This document shows, piece after piece, positions 1 to 9,479 of a stretch of DNA of 36,635 nt (position 1 is the stretch's first letter; each line of letters opens with the position of its first letter). The position numbers and the translations under genes are program-made. This stretch comes from a virus (taxonomy: Duplodnaviria; Heunggongvirae; Uroviricota; Caudoviricetes). The notes under the pieces were generated by a model. That model worked only from the letters and a program-made list of their open reading frames with translations. It did no database searches and was not told the origin of the DNA. The stretch lies in IMG/VR virus record IMGVR_UViG_2744054854_000005, one strand, 5' to 3'.

Positions 1-1053
1 TTACGGGGTAATGCCAACCGCTGCCGCCACTTTGTCGCCACTTGGCAGCGTTGCCAGAGGATTGAAACGGAGCGCCGTTTCCAGATGATCCGGTGCCAGA
101 TGAGCGTAACGCATAGTCATTTTTATATCGTGATGCCCGAGGATTTTTTGCAAAGCAAGGATATTTCCACCCGACATCATGAAATGCGCCGCAAACGTAT
201 GGCGCAGAACGTGTGTCAGTTGACCGCGAGGGAGGACGATAGACGTTTTTTCCATCACGGATAAAAATTGAAAATAGCAGTCTGTGAAGAAATTGAACCC
301 ATCAAGCGCCATGATCTCTTCGTAAAGCTCTTTACTGATAGGGATGCTTCTGTTTTTCTTCCCCTTCGTTCTTACAAAGGTGATTCGGTATTTGGTCACC
401 TGTGAACGAGTAAGATTTACGGCTTCTCGCCAGCGTGCGCCTGTGCTTAAGCATATCTTAACTACCAGTGCCAGAATTGGGTCCTGACGTTTGCAATCAG
501 CCAGTAATTCAACAATCTGCTCATGGGTAAGCCATGCCATCTCTTTTTCTGCGATGGTGAATTTTCGCATGTTCTCCAGTGGGTTCGGATACGACCATTC
601 GCCCAGGCGGGATAGTTCGCTAAAAACACTACTTAGATAGCTTTGCTCCAGGTTAATGGTGACCGGGCTTGCTCCTTTCTTCCATTTCTCGCTGAAGTAG
701 ATCTCACCTGTCAGGCGTTTATCTCGATAGTGGGCAAACATTTTAGAGGTTAGATCAGTTGCAAGGGGATTGCCCAGAGCGTCAACCATCAGCAGCAATT
801 TGTCATAGACATGCTGCCCAGCTGTCAGTGATTTACCATGTAGTTTGAACCATAGCTCAACCACGTCTTTCAGTGTTCGACGATCCACTGATTCACCTAG
901 CCAGGGCTTTGCTTCGGTTTCTTCCATCGTGTGACGCTCAAAAGCCAGTGCTTCGCCTTTGGTGGCGAATTGTTTACGCACACGACGTCCACTACGTCCG
1001 GCGGGGTAACATTCGCAAAGCCATTTTCCTGTGGTGAGTTTTCGTACTGCCAT
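1..1053 (-). CDS. int: tyrosine integrase (P2/186-type)
   Basis: 350-aa ORF with C-terminal catalytic motifs of tyrosine recombinases (ARWREA...HVLRHTFAAHFMMSGG...ILGHHDIKMTMRYAHL). Sits at the prophage end, same strand as cI. Confidence 0.9.
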   Translation of the reverse strand: MAVRKLTTGKWLCECYPAGRSGRRVRKQFATKGEALAFERHTMEETEAKPWLGESVDRRTLKDVVELWFKLHGKSLTAGQHVYDKLLLMVDALGNPLATDLTSKMFAHYRDKRLTGEIYFSEKWKKGASPVTINLEQSYLSSVFSELSRLGEWSYPNPLENMRKFTIAEKEMAWLTHEQIVELLADCKRQDPILALVVKICLSTGARWREAVNLTRSQVTKYRITFVRTKGKKNRSIPISKELYEEIMALDGFNFFTDCYFQFLSVMEKTSIVLPRGQLTHVLRHTFAAHFMMSGGNILALQKILGHHDIKMTMRYAHLAPDHLETALRFNPLATLPSGDKVAAAVGITP

Positions 1054-1058
1054 AAAAA

Positions 1059-1078
1059 AGCCCTCATATCAGAGGGCT
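1059..1078 (-). terminator. hairpin (7-bp stem AGCCCTC/GAGGGCT, 6-nt loop) followed on the minus strand by TTTTT and directly by the int start codon
   Basis: Seen in sequence. The 3' arm contains GAGGG, which would serve as the int ribosome-binding site, so the hairpin may attenuate or occlude int translation. Confidence 0.4.
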
Positions 1079-1136
1079 AAATTTAACTGTATATACAACC
1101 AGTAATCAATGTGTGATTGCTATGAAACATACATTG

Positions 1137-2813
1137 CTAAGCAACATGTAGTTCATCGTTGGCGGAAGTGGCTGCTTTGCGTTCCTGATCAATAGATAGT
1201 GACTCTCTATATTCTTTCGCCTCTGCAAACATTGTCCAGTGGGCATTGATGTTCATATCTTCAATAACCGATTTAATTTCTTTAATATTTACGTTAAAAA
1301 ACTCTTTTCGTGAGTTAATTTTATTGACCTGCTTTTCGTTGAAGACTTTATGCAGATGATTTTCTAATGACGGTGCATCATCACTATAAATCATCGCATG
1401 AACATCGAACGAAAAAGGAACACTAGCATCCCCAAGTTCACGAACACGATCAAGTGGTTCAAGGCGGCGTGTCATTCCAATTTTATATACATCTTCGCCA
1501 AATGAGCCAATATTGCTAATTATATAAACATGGCCTGATCTAGTTTGTTGAGCCATAGAAATAGCTCGTTGGTTTTTAGCTTCAGCTTCTTCATATTTTA
1601 ACTGTAGTTCAGCTATTTTTTGCTCCAAAGCTAAGCGTTGTTCTTCATTTGCAAGCATAAGCTCTTTCGTTGCTTTATTTATAGCTTGCTGAATAGCTTT
1701 CTCTTCTTTTTCGGCTTCTTTTATCGCTTTTTCATACTCTCTACGAGCTCTTTCCTCTTCACGAAGCTGTTCTTTAATCCTTCTTTGCTCCTCTTTTTCT
1801 TCGAGCATAATTTCATTAACTGCAACTCCCCATTTTAGCTCGTTGAGTCGTGCCTGAAGATAGATGTCACTTATTTTTGCGGATCTAAAAGCAGAGCCAT
1901 TATAATTTACAAGTTGAAATGCATCTTTTATTTCTTGGGAAAGTTTTCCAAAATTGTTGTGTTTGACTTTTGATAAAATACTGTCAACTCTTCCATTGAA
2001 GGCATCCAAAACAAAGTTGATAGCAGTATTACGCCTGTTTTGCTCAACATAATCACACGAAGCTGCTTTATTAGTTTTTATTAATGATTTTGTTAACTCC
2101 CTGGCTTTTTGTAATTCCTTGCCTGCATCTGTAAACTCATAATTTTCTGCCAATTCATCAAGTACACTACGGTTAGGGATGATCCATTCATCGCCATAAC
2201 CTTCAATTTTATTTTTCATTGATTTGGCAACTGCTTCATATTTTTCTGCAAACTCTTTAGCTTCATATGCTGAACCAGCAATCTCTTTTGCTCTTTCTTC
2301 TGCATCGGAAATAATTTTTACTGCGTTGTCATTAGCATTTGAGATCAGCTCATTTGCTTTACTGTTGGCATTATCAAGACGTTCTTTGGCTTTCAGGCGT
2401 GCATCGCGAGCGTCTTTGGTGATTGCTATAGCTTCGCTATTAGCGTTGCTTATTGTTATCTGAGCTTGATAACTTGCTTCGTTTACTGTCTTAGCTGCCT
2501 TTATTTGGGCTTCTTCTATTTTTTGCCTAGCTATTGAGTCTGCATTTTTTATCTTATTCTCTGCCTCCATCACTGCGCTGTGCAATTCTTCGTATTGCCA
2601 TAATGGTGCTGCTCGCCCTTCAAGCTCTGATAGATCTCGTGCAGTCTGTGCTAACTTTTCTTGATTTTCACTCAGTTGGCTGGAAAGGGCTATGTTGTTA
2701 GCCGTCAGGTTATCTATGGCGGCTTTGTGTTCTTTACTTTGCTTAAATAATATTATAGCTAGAACAGGGGCGAGAAATGCTAATAAGAATATAACGATGG
2801 AAAATGAATTCAT
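1137..2813 (-). CDS. membrane-anchored coiled-coil protein with C-terminal T5orf172 (GIY-YIG-like) domain; DUF4041-like architecture; candidate defense/abortive-infection cargo
   Basis: 558 aa. N-terminal hydrophobic helix (FSIVIFLLAFLAPVLAIILF), long Ala/Lys/Glu-rich coiled coil, C-terminal motif GHVYIISNIGSFGEDVYKIGMTRRLEPLDRVRELGDASVPFSFDVHAMIYS...LENHLHKVF...RKEFFNV typical of T5orf172. AAGGA ribosome-binding site 8 nt upstream; strongly AT-rich relative to phage core; inserted 20 bp after the cI stop. Confidence 0.8.
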   Translation of the reverse strand: MNSFSIVIFLLAFLAPVLAIILFKQSKEHKAAIDNLTANNIALSSQLSENQEKLAQTARDLSELEGRAAPLWQYEELHSAVMEAENKIKNADSIARQKIEEAQIKAAKTVNEASYQAQITISNANSEAIAITKDARDARLKAKERLDNANSKANELISNANDNAVKIISDAEERAKEIAGSAYEAKEFAEKYEAVAKSMKNKIEGYGDEWIIPNRSVLDELAENYEFTDAGKELQKARELTKSLIKTNKAASCDYVEQNRRNTAINFVLDAFNGRVDSILSKVKHNNFGKLSQEIKDAFQLVNYNGSAFRSAKISDIYLQARLNELKWGVAVNEIMLEEKEEQRRIKEQLREEERARREYEKAIKEAEKEEKAIQQAINKATKELMLANEEQRLALEQKIAELQLKYEEAEAKNQRAISMAQQTRSGHVYIISNIGSFGEDVYKIGMTRRLEPLDRVRELGDASVPFSFDVHAMIYSDDAPSLENHLHKVFNEKQVNKINSRKEFFNVNIKEIKSVIEDMNINAHWTMFAEAKEYRESLSIDQERKAATSANDELHVA

Positions 2814-2833
2814 TTTTAAATCCTTTTACTATA

Positions 2834-3430
2834 TCAATTTGAAACTATTGTACTTCTTATACAAGCAACCACTTCAATATCAGAAAATGCACATTCAAAG
2901 CTATTCTCTGTAGTTGTAATTTTAATCATACCTTTTGGAAGCTTTGTGATTTTTCGAATGGAATAGGTTCCGTCGATGTTGATTAACCAGTGTCCATCAA
3001 GTACTTCAGAAAATTTTTGATCACAAATGTATGTGACAAGCCCATCCTGAATAACAATTGGTGATGAAAGATTTGCAGGAAGAAATGATGAATCGAATAT
3101 ATATGAACCATCTTCAATCATTTTGCCTGCGGTAAGGCGAAACTTGGGAAGCTCTTCTGTGGCTACTGTCAGCGAGCTTTGCTTAAGTCCTTGCCCGGTG
3201 GTTAACCATTTCAGTGAGGTTCCTGTTTCAAGAGCACATTGGATTATCCAGTCTGCAGGAAACGTATCCCGCAAATACCTGTTCGCCAGAGTGCTTTTTG
3301 ATACTTCCAAGTGATCAGCTAAAGCCTGTCGTGTCGTAAAGCCATAAGCTTCGACTAATCGCTCAATCGCAGCCTTACCACCTTTATTGGGATTTATTTT
3401 GATCTCACTTGGGTACTTTGATGTTGACAT
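2834..3430 (-). CDS. cI: 186-type CI immunity repressor
   Basis: 198 aa with N-terminal HTH (GFTTRQALADHLEVSKSTLANRY) and a C-terminal oligomerisation-type domain. Divergent from apl/cII, upstream of int on the same strand. Confidence 0.8.
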   Translation of the reverse strand: MSTSKYPSEIKINPNKGGKAAIERLVEAYGFTTRQALADHLEVSKSTLANRYLRDTFPADWIIQCALETGTSLKWLTTGQGLKQSSLTVATEELPKFRLTAGKMIEDGSYIFDSSFLPANLSSPIVIQDGLVTYICDQKFSEVLDGHWLINIDGTYSIRKITKLPKGMIKITTTENSFECAFSDIEVVACIRSTIVSN

Positions 3431-3525
3431 ATCTCTTTTGCGATCCTAGTATCAGTTTTGTCCCCATTTGGGTACTTGTCACGATTACTACAGGCTCACC
3501 ACAAGCCAATAGGAGATGTTGCATC

Positions 3526-3747
3526 ATGACCCCTAACATTTCAATAACTCTGAATACGCCACATGTCACAATTGAGCGTTATAGCGAACTTACTGGTCTT
3601 TCAATCGACACAATTAACGATATGCTGGCTGACGGTCGCATCCCTCGGCATCGCCTTCGGAAAGACAAGAAAAGAGAAAAGGTGATGATCAACCTTGCTG
3701 CTCTTACCGTTGATGCACTTACTGATTGCAATGTTGTATTCAACTAG
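3526..3747 (+). CDS. apl: Apl/Cox-like excisionase and switch regulator
   Basis: 73-aa basic HTH protein, first gene of the rightward early operon. AGGAGA ribosome-binding site upstream of the ATG at 3526; the longer ORF-track start at 3409 lacks one. Confidence 0.7.
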   Translation: MTPNISITLNTPHVTIERYSELTGLSIDTINDMLADGRIPRHRLRKDKKREKVMINLAALTVDALTDCNVVFN

Positions 3748-3779
3748 TTCCATTTTGGGATACATCAGGGGTGTCGACC

Positions 3780-4289
3780 ATGTTTGATTACCAAGTTTCC
3801 AAACATCCACATTTTGATGAAGCCTGTCGTGCATTCGCATTGCGCCACAACCTGGTGCAACTGGCAGAACGTGCTGGCATGAATGTGCAGATCCTGCGGA
3901 ACAAGCTGAACCCATCTCAACCTCATTTATTAACCGCACCAGAAATCTGGCTGCTTACCGATCTGACTGAAGATTCAACGCTGGTAGATGGTTTTCTGGC
4001 ACAGATTCACTGCCTGCCATGTGTACCGGTTAATGAGGTTGCAAAAGAGAAACTGCCGCATTACGTCATGAGTGCAACTGCAGAGATCGGGCGTGTTGCT
4101 GCAGGTGCGGTATCTGGTGATGTAAAAACCAGTGCAGGTCGTCGTGATGCTATCAGCAGCATTAACTCTGTTACACGACTGATGGCGTTGGCTGCTGTTT
4201 CATTGCAGGCCCGTTTACAGGCTAATCCTGCGATGGCAAGTGCAGTTGATACTGTAACTGGCCTCGGTGCTTCATTCGGTTTGCTGTGA
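3780..4289 (+). CDS. cII: CII-like transcriptional activator of lysogeny
   Basis: 169 aa, matching the size and position of 186 CII and recalled as closely similar to it ([20 protein letters not shown]...). Internal ATG chosen over the ORF-track start. Confidence 0.75.
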   Translation: MFDYQVSKHPHFDEACRAFALRHNLVQLAERAGMNVQILRNKLNPSQPHLLTAPEIWLLTDLTEDSTLVDGFLAQIHCLPCVPVNEVAKEKLPHYVMSATAEIGRVAAGAVSGDVKTSAGRRDAISSINSVTRLMALAAVSLQARLQANPAMASAVDTVTGLGASFGLL

Positions 4290-4296
4290 GGTGCTT

Positions 4297-4530
4297 ATGC
4301 TGACGAAAGAACCATCATTTGCATCGCTGCTGGTAAAACAAAGCCCGGCAATGCACTACGGTCACGGCTGGATTTATTTACCTTGTGGGAAAAAGTGGCA
4401 TCCAAGTTTTGAATTACAACCCCGGCAACAGGCTTACCGGGGAAGAAATAAAAAGCGATTCCTACAAAGATTTATGGTTAACGTGGCAAACAACCTGCGA
4501 ACCAAGCGAAAAGTTTCTCTTGGAAGCTGA
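4297..4530 (+). CDS. hypothetical small early protein (at the position of 186 fil)
   Basis: 77-aa ORF with GAGGTG ribosome-binding site directly after cII. Overlaps the end of a minus-strand ORF, so the call is uncertain. Confidence 0.4.
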   Translation: MLTKEPSFASLLVKQSPAMHYGHGWIYLPCGKKWHPSFELQPRQQAYRGRNKKRFLQRFMVNVANNLRTKRKVSLGS

Positions 4531-4936
4531 GGTTTACATCGTCAACCCGACCGCAGGCAATAGCCGCTCGTTTGTAAGCTGGATTTAACAAAGAACCGAA
4601 TGTTGTGGAGTCAGAGTGATGCAAAGTTTTCAATTTTTGTGCAATGAACTGTGGAGACAATTCATCCTCGGCGTAAAGCAACTCACCATATTGTCGGCTT
4701 TGTACGCTTGCTCGTTCCTCGATAATAGCTGGTTGCCATACAAGTTGGATTGTTGCGATTACAACAACAGGAAAAGCGAACAACCATTCCAGACCTGTAT
4801 TAGCAAATACAGCGGTTCCGCTTATAAGTTGGATTGCTGTCATTAATTTATCAGCTCGACCATGGAACGTTGCTGTCATTAGTTCAAGGTAATAACAGTA
4901 GTGCAATTGGAAGTATTCGGAGCTTTGTTTAGTCAT
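4478..4936 (-). CDS. hypothetical protein with a central hydrophobic segment (antisense to the early operon)
   Basis: 152-codon open frame in an AT-rich stretch, AGGA 7 nt upstream, hydrophobic segment WLFAFPVVVIATIQLVW. Conflicts with plus-strand ORFs 4385..4588 and 4616..4846; which strand is coding cannot be decided by eye. Confidence 0.35.
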   Translation of the reverse strand: MTKQSSEYFQLHYCYYLELMTATFHGRADKLMTAIQLISGTAVFANTGLEWLFAFPVVVIATIQLVWQPAIIEERASVQSRQYGELLYAEDELSPQFIAQKLKTLHHSDSTTFGSLLNPAYKRAAIACGRVDDVNLSFQEKLFAWFAGCLPR

Positions 4937-4945
4937 GCCGGATTC

Positions 4946-5026
4946 CTATTTTTTATCTTGCCCCGGTTCTGGCTTAGGTGCAGGGGCAGGACGAGGCAAT
5001 ACATGGAAGTTGTCAGAGTCTGACAT
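4946..5026 (-). CDS. possible 26-aa proline-rich leader ORF (MSDSDNFHVLPRPAPAPKPEPGQDKK) coupled to the 152-aa minus-strand ORF
   Basis: ATG preceded by AAGGAGA at 6-nt spacing. Its stop TAG overlaps the AGGA ribosome-binding site of the downstream ORF, 9 nt before that ORF's ATG. Confidence 0.25.
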   Translation of the reverse strand: MSDSDNFHVLPRPAPAPKPEPGQDKK

Positions 5027-5155
5027 CAGGTTTCTCCTTCGAGGGGTAGATGATTGTTGGCGCAAACAGTCTACCACCAAGGCACGCGCCGGGCGTGTGA
5101 AAAAATTCCCGGCACAACTTCAAATAGGCATATGTACGACGAGATAGGAGGGGTA

Positions 5156-5497
5156 ATGGCAATTGATGGCCCAGCGGCAACTGTTCCATTAAGCCCCGGC
5201 GAACGCCTGAATGGACTTAATCACATTGCGGAGTTAAGGGCGAAAGTTTTTGGTCTGAATATTGAGTCAGAGCTTGAGCGGTTTATTAAAGATATGCGTG
5301 ATCCACGGGATATCAATAATGAACAAAATAAACGGGCACTGGCTGCCATATTCTTTATGGCAAAAATTCCAGCTGAACGTCATAGCATCAGCATTAATGA
5401 GCTGACCACTGACGAAAAGCGGGAGCTGATTAAAGCTATGAATCATTTTCGTGCAGTGGTGAGCTTATTTCCTAGACGGCTAACCATGCCGAATTAA
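5156..5497 (+). CDS. hypothetical early protein
   Basis: 113 aa from an internal ATG with GGAGG ribosome-binding site; same orientation as the early operon. Confidence 0.55.
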   Translation: MAIDGPAATVPLSPGERLNGLNHIAELRAKVFGLNIESELERFIKDMRDPRDINNEQNKRALAAIFFMAKIPAERHSISINELTTDEKRELIKAMNHFRAVVSLFPRRLTMPN

Positions 5498-5564
5498 CAA
5501 ACTAATGAAATTAATGGCGTAAACCCGCCGGGTATCCCTTTATCTAAATTCAGGAGAATTGACT

Positions 5565-5798
5565 ATGCGTAATATTGAAACTCTCACGACTAAAACCGGA
5601 CCGGATGATGCAGGGCTTAATATTTTACTGACAGAGGCTCGTCTGGAAGAACGCCGGGCAAGGGCTGAAGCAATGGCAGCTCGCCTTGATAGCCTGGCGT
5701 GTCATATCACATCCAGCCAGCTAAACCACGTCGAAGCAGCAGAACTACTGCGTGTAACTGCTGAAGCAATCCAGAACGAAGCGCAGGAGATCCACTAA
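5565..5798 (+). CDS. hypothetical early protein
   Basis: 77 aa, AGGAGA ribosome-binding site 7 nt upstream of the ATG at 5565. Confidence 0.5.
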   Translation: MRNIETLTTKTGPDDAGLNILLTEARLEERRARAEAMAARLDSLACHITSSQLNHVEAAELLRVTAEAIQNEAQEIH

Positions 5799-6025
5799 TG
5801 GCTGATGCAATGGATCTCGTACAGCAGCGCGTTGAAGAAGAACGCCAGCGCCATATCCGTGCTGCCCGTGCCAAAACGCCGGGCGTGTCCCGCGTGCTTT
5901 GCATTGAGTGTGAAGCGCCAATTCCGCCAGCACGCCGCCGTGCCATTCCGGGTGTGCAGCTTTGCATTACCTGTCAGGAAATCGCAGAGCTGAAAGGCAA
6001 ACATTACAACGGAGGTGCTGTATGA
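5798..6025 (+). CDS. DksA/TraR-family C4 zinc-finger protein
   Basis: 75 aa with CIEC...(17 aa)...CITC four-cysteine motif, as in P2-family TraR-like proteins. Start overlaps the previous stop; stop overlaps the dam start. Confidence 0.7.
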   Translation: MADAMDLVQQRVEEERQRHIRAARAKTPGVSRVLCIECEAPIPPARRRAIPGVQLCITCQEIAELKGKHYNGGAV

Positions 6026-6879
6026 GCACCATCCTGAAATGGGCGGGAAATAAAACCGCCGTAATGTCCGAACTGAAAAAACATCTTCCTGCTGGTCCGC
6101 GACTGGTTGAACCTTTCGCTGGTTCCTGTGCTGTGATGATGGAGACGGATTATCCGTGCTATCTGGTTGCGGATATTAATCCTGATTTAATCAACCTCTA
6201 TAAAAAGGTTGCCGCTGATTGTGAATCGTTTATATCTCGCGCCAAAGTTTTATTTGAGATCGCAAACAGGGAGGTGGCTTATTACAACATAAGGCAGGAG
6301 TTTAATTACTCAACTGAAATTACTGATTTCATGAAAGCGGTATATTTACTGTATCTCAATCGTCACGGTTACCGTGGGTTATGTCGCTATAACAAGAGCG
6401 GGCATTTCAACATTCCCTACGGTAATTATAAAAATCCGTATTTCCCTGAAAAAGAAATTCGCGCATTTGCAGAGAAAGCCCCGCGAGCAACGTTTATCTG
6501 CGCCAGCTTTGATGAAACGCTGGCGATGCTGCAGGTGGGGGATGTGGTGTATTGCGATCCGCCGTATGACGGTACGTTTTCCGGCTATCACACTGATGGC
6601 TTCACTGAGGATGACCAGTATCACCTGGCATCCGTTCTTGAACATCGATCATCTGAAGGTCATCCGGTCATTGTTTCTAACAGTGACACATCCCTGATCC
6701 GTTCGCTGTATCGCAATTTCACTCACCACTACATCAAGGCAAAACGCAGCATCGGCGTGTCGGCTGGCGAGAGTAAATCTGCAACAGAAATCATTGCTGT
6801 TTCCGGGCCGCGCTGCTGGATGGGATTTGATCCTTCGCGTGGCGTGGATAGTTCTGCTGTGTACGAGGTGCGTGTATGA
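6022..6879 (+). CDS. dam: DNA adenine methyltransferase (Dam family)
   Basis: N-terminal LKWAGNK motif and catalytic DPPY ([10 protein letters not shown]). GGAGG ribosome-binding site before the ATG at 6022. Confidence 0.85.
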   Translation: MSTILKWAGNKTAVMSELKKHLPAGPRLVEPFAGSCAVMMETDYPCYLVADINPDLINLYKKVAADCESFISRAKVLFEIANREVAYYNIRQEFNYSTEITDFMKAVYLLYLNRHGYRGLCRYNKSGHFNIPYGNYKNPYFPEKEIRAFAEKAPRATFICASFDETLAMLQVGDVVYCDPPYDGTFSGYHTDGFTEDDQYHLASVLEHRSSEGHPVIVSNSDTSLIRSLYRNFTHHYIKAKRSIGVSAGESKSATEIIAVSGPRCWMGFDPSRGVDSSAVYEVRV

Positions 6880-9128
6880 GTCATGACGATATGAGCAACT
6901 CTAGCGGCTTTAACGAGGCTGCCGCAGCATTTTCATGGAACGGCCCGAAAAAGGCCATTAACCCTTATCTGGAACCGGCGGAAGTTGCGCCGGAGTCTGC
7001 ACTTTCAAACATGATCACTCTGTACGCTGCCGATAACGAGCAGGAACAGCGCCGCCGCGAGGCACTGAGTGATCAGGTCTGGGAACGTTATTTCTTTAAT
7101 GAATCCCGTGATCCTGTCCAGCGCGAAATGGAGCAGGATAAGCTCATTAGCCGGGCAAAGCTGGCGCATGAACAGCAGCGTTTTAACCCGGACATGGTCA
7201 TTCTGGCAGATGTCAGCGCCCAGCCTTCCCATATCAGCAAGCCGCAGATGCAACGTATTGAATACTTCAGCAGCCTGGGCAGGCCAAAGGCTTATTCCCG
7301 CTATTTGCGTGAGACGATTAAGCCATGTCTGGAACGGCTGGAGCATGTACGCGACAGTCAGCTATCCACTTCTTTTCGCTTTATGGCAAGCCATGAAGGG
7401 CTGGACGGCCTGTTGATTCTGCCTGAAATGAGTCAGGATCAGGTGAAACGCCTGTCCACCCTTGTTGCTGCGCATATGAGCATGTGCCTTGATGCAGCTT
7501 GTGGCGATTTGTATGCCTCCGATGATGTTAAGCCGGAAGAAATCCGCAAGACATGGGAAAAGGTGGCAGCAGAAACCCTGCGACTGGATGTCATACCGCC
7601 TGCGTTTGAGCAACTCCGCCGGAAAAGAAACCGCCGCAAACCTGTGCCCTATGAACTCATTCCGGGTTCGCTGGCGCGTATGCTGTGCGCCGACTGGTGG
7701 TATCGGAAATTATGGAAGATGCGTTGCGAATGGCGGGAAGAGCAGTTGCGTGCTGTTTGTCTGGTCAGCAAAAAAGCATCTCCCTATGTTAGCTATGAAG
7801 CCGTGATGCATAAACGTGAGCAGCGCCGTAAGTCGCTGGAGTTTTTCCGCTCTCATGAACTGGTGAACGAAGACGGCGACACGCTGGACATGGAGGATGT
7901 GGTAAACGCCAGCAGCAGCAACCCGGCGCATCGCCGCAATGAGATGATGGCCTGCGTTAAAGGTCTGGAGCTTATCGCGGAAATGCGTGGTGACTGCGCC
8001 GTTTTCTACACTATCACCTGTCCGTCACGTTTCCATTCCACGCTAAATAACGGCAGGCCAAACCCGACCTGGACCAACGCGACAGTAAGACAAAGCAGCG
8101 ATTATCTGGTCGGCATGTTTGCTGCATTTCGTAAGGCTATGCACAAATCCGGATTGCGCTGGTATGGCGTGCGGGTGGCTGAGCCGCATCATGACGGTAC
8201 AGTTCACTGGCACCTGTTGTGTTTTATGCGCAAAAAAGATCGCCGCGCCATTACTGCTTTGTTGCGTAAGTTTGCCATACGTGAAGACCGCGAGGAGCTG
8301 GGCAATAACACGGGGCCGCGCTTTAAGTCTGAGTTGATTAACCCGCGCAAAGGAACGCCGACAAGCTACATCGCGAAATATATCAGCAAGAACATTGACG
8401 GGCGTGGTCTGGCTGGCGAGATCAGTAAGGAAACGGGTAAATCTCTGCGTGATAACGCTGAATACGTGAATGCCTGGGCGTCTTTGCATCGTGTTCAGCA
8501 ATTCCGCTTCTTTGGCATTCCGGGGCGCCAGGCTTACCGTGAACTGCGATTGCTGGCTGGTCAGGCGGCAAGGCAACAGGGGGACAAAAAAGCAGGTGCG
8601 CCGGTACTGGATAACCCGCGCNNNNNNNNNNNNNNNNNNNNNNNNNNNNNNNNNNNNNNNNNNGTGAAGTGGAAAATGGTTCGTAAAGCCGTTGACGTTC
8701 AGGAGGCGGTAGCCGACCAGGGCGCTTGCGCCCCTTGGACTCGTGGCAATAACTGTCCCCTTGCTGAAAATTTGAACCAACAAGGGAAAGACAAATCAGC
8801 TTATGGGGATACCAGAACGGACATTACCCGCATGGATGACAAGGAGTTGCACGATTACCTGCACAGTATGAGCAAAAAAGAGCGCCGGGAACTGGCTGCA
8901 AGGTTACGCCTGGTGAAACCGAAACGGCGTAAAGACTACAAACAGCGAATTACAGACCATCAGCGACAGCAGCTCGTCTATGAGCTGAAGTCCAGAGGAT
9001 TTGATGGCAGCGAGAAAGAGGTCGGTTTACTCCTTCGCGGCGGCAGTATTCCGTCAGGAGCAGGCCTGCGTATCTTCTATCGGAACCAGCGTTTGCAGGA
9101 AGATGATAAGTGGCGGGATCTGTATTAA
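6876..9128 (+). CDS. A: replication initiation endonuclease A (rolling-circle initiator, P2 gpA family); contains an assembly gap
   Basis: 750 aa with HWHLLCF and YIAKYISK tyrosine motifs typical of gpA. An in-frame 42-N run lies inside the ORF. Confidence 0.85.
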   Translation: MSHDDMSNSSGFNEAAAAFSWNGPKKAINPYLEPAEVAPESALSNMITLYAADNEQEQRRREALSDQVWERYFFNESRDPVQREMEQDKLISRAKLAHEQQRFNPDMVILADVSAQPSHISKPQMQRIEYFSSLGRPKAYSRYLRETIKPCLERLEHVRDSQLSTSFRFMASHEGLDGLLILPEMSQDQVKRLSTLVAAHMSMCLDAACGDLYASDDVKPEEIRKTWEKVAAETLRLDVIPPAFEQLRRKRNRRKPVPYELIPGSLARMLCADWWYRKLWKMRCEWREEQLRAVCLVSKKASPYVSYEAVMHKREQRRKSLEFFRSHELVNEDGDTLDMEDVVNASSSNPAHRRNEMMACVKGLELIAEMRGDCAVFYTITCPSRFHSTLNNGRPNPTWTNATVRQSSDYLVGMFAAFRKAMHKSGLRWYGVRVAEPHHDGTVHWHLLCFMRKKDRRAITALLRKFAIREDREELGNNTGPRFKSELINPRKGTPTSYIAKYISKNIDGRGLAGEISKETGKSLRDNAEYVNAWASLHRVQQFRFFGIPGRQAYRELRLLAGQAARQQGDKKAGAPVLDNPRXXXXXXXXXXXXXXVKWKMVRKAVDVQEAVADQGACAPWTRGNNCPLAENLNQQGKDKSAYGDTRTDITRMDDKELHDYLHSMSKKERRELAARLRLVKPKRRKDYKQRITDHQRQQLVYELKSRGFDGSEKEVGLLLRGGSIPSGAGLRIFYRNQRLQEDDKWRDLY
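8622..8663. other. assembly gap (42 N) inside gene A
   Basis: Run of n characters; true length unknown. Confidence 0.95.
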
Positions 9129-9220
9129 TTACGCGGGTTAACAATTCGTGCTCTTAATAATACCAGGCATATCAGGCTGATGAACGTAAAAAAACGTTTT
9201 ACATCAGTAAGATTATTATA

Positions 9221-9240
9221 TACTGTAAATATAAACAGTG
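9221..9240 (+). promoter_or_regulatory. LexA (SOS) box TACTGTAAATATAAACAGTG
   Basis: Perfect CTGT-N8-ACAG core with AT-rich spacer, 40 bp upstream of the 9281 ORF and embedded in promoter-like AT-rich sequence. Confidence 0.6.
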
Positions 9241-9280
9241 GTTATGTATACAGTATTGCTTTGCTGTCATAGGAGGAAAG

Positions 9281-9469
9281 ATGCAGGACTATTTTTTGGA
9301 GTCTTTGAAGCTCCAGCGCATTGATTTTTTTCTTAAGCTTGTAGCGGCTAGTGAGTGTAGTGATGAAGAGAAGGGGCTGGCCCTGCAGTGGGTTTCTGAA
9401 CTAACAGATGAACTCATGGCAAAAATCAGAACCCACGAATACAACCGCTCAATGGATGTCATCAGCTGA
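9281..9469 (+). CDS. SOS-regulated small protein (possible Tum-like antirepressor component)
   Basis: 62-aa ORF with GGAGG ribosome-binding site immediately downstream of the LexA box; position matches the 186 SOS (tum) operon. Function inferred from context only. Confidence 0.4.
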   Translation: MQDYFLESLKLQRIDFFLKLVAASECSDEEKGLALQWVSELTDELMAKIRTHEYNRSMDVIS

Positions 9470-9479
9470 GGTGACTTTT

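Noticed and set aside
3409-3747. 112-aa version of the apl ORF starting at 3409
   Set aside because: The upstream start overlaps the cI start and has no ribosome-binding site; the ATG at 3526 has AGGAGA and gives an Apl/Cox-sized protein.
4935-5147. 70-aa plus-strand ORF
   Set aside because: Gly/Ala/Arg-rich low-complexity translation with no ribosome-binding site, overlapping a better-supported minus-strand start region.
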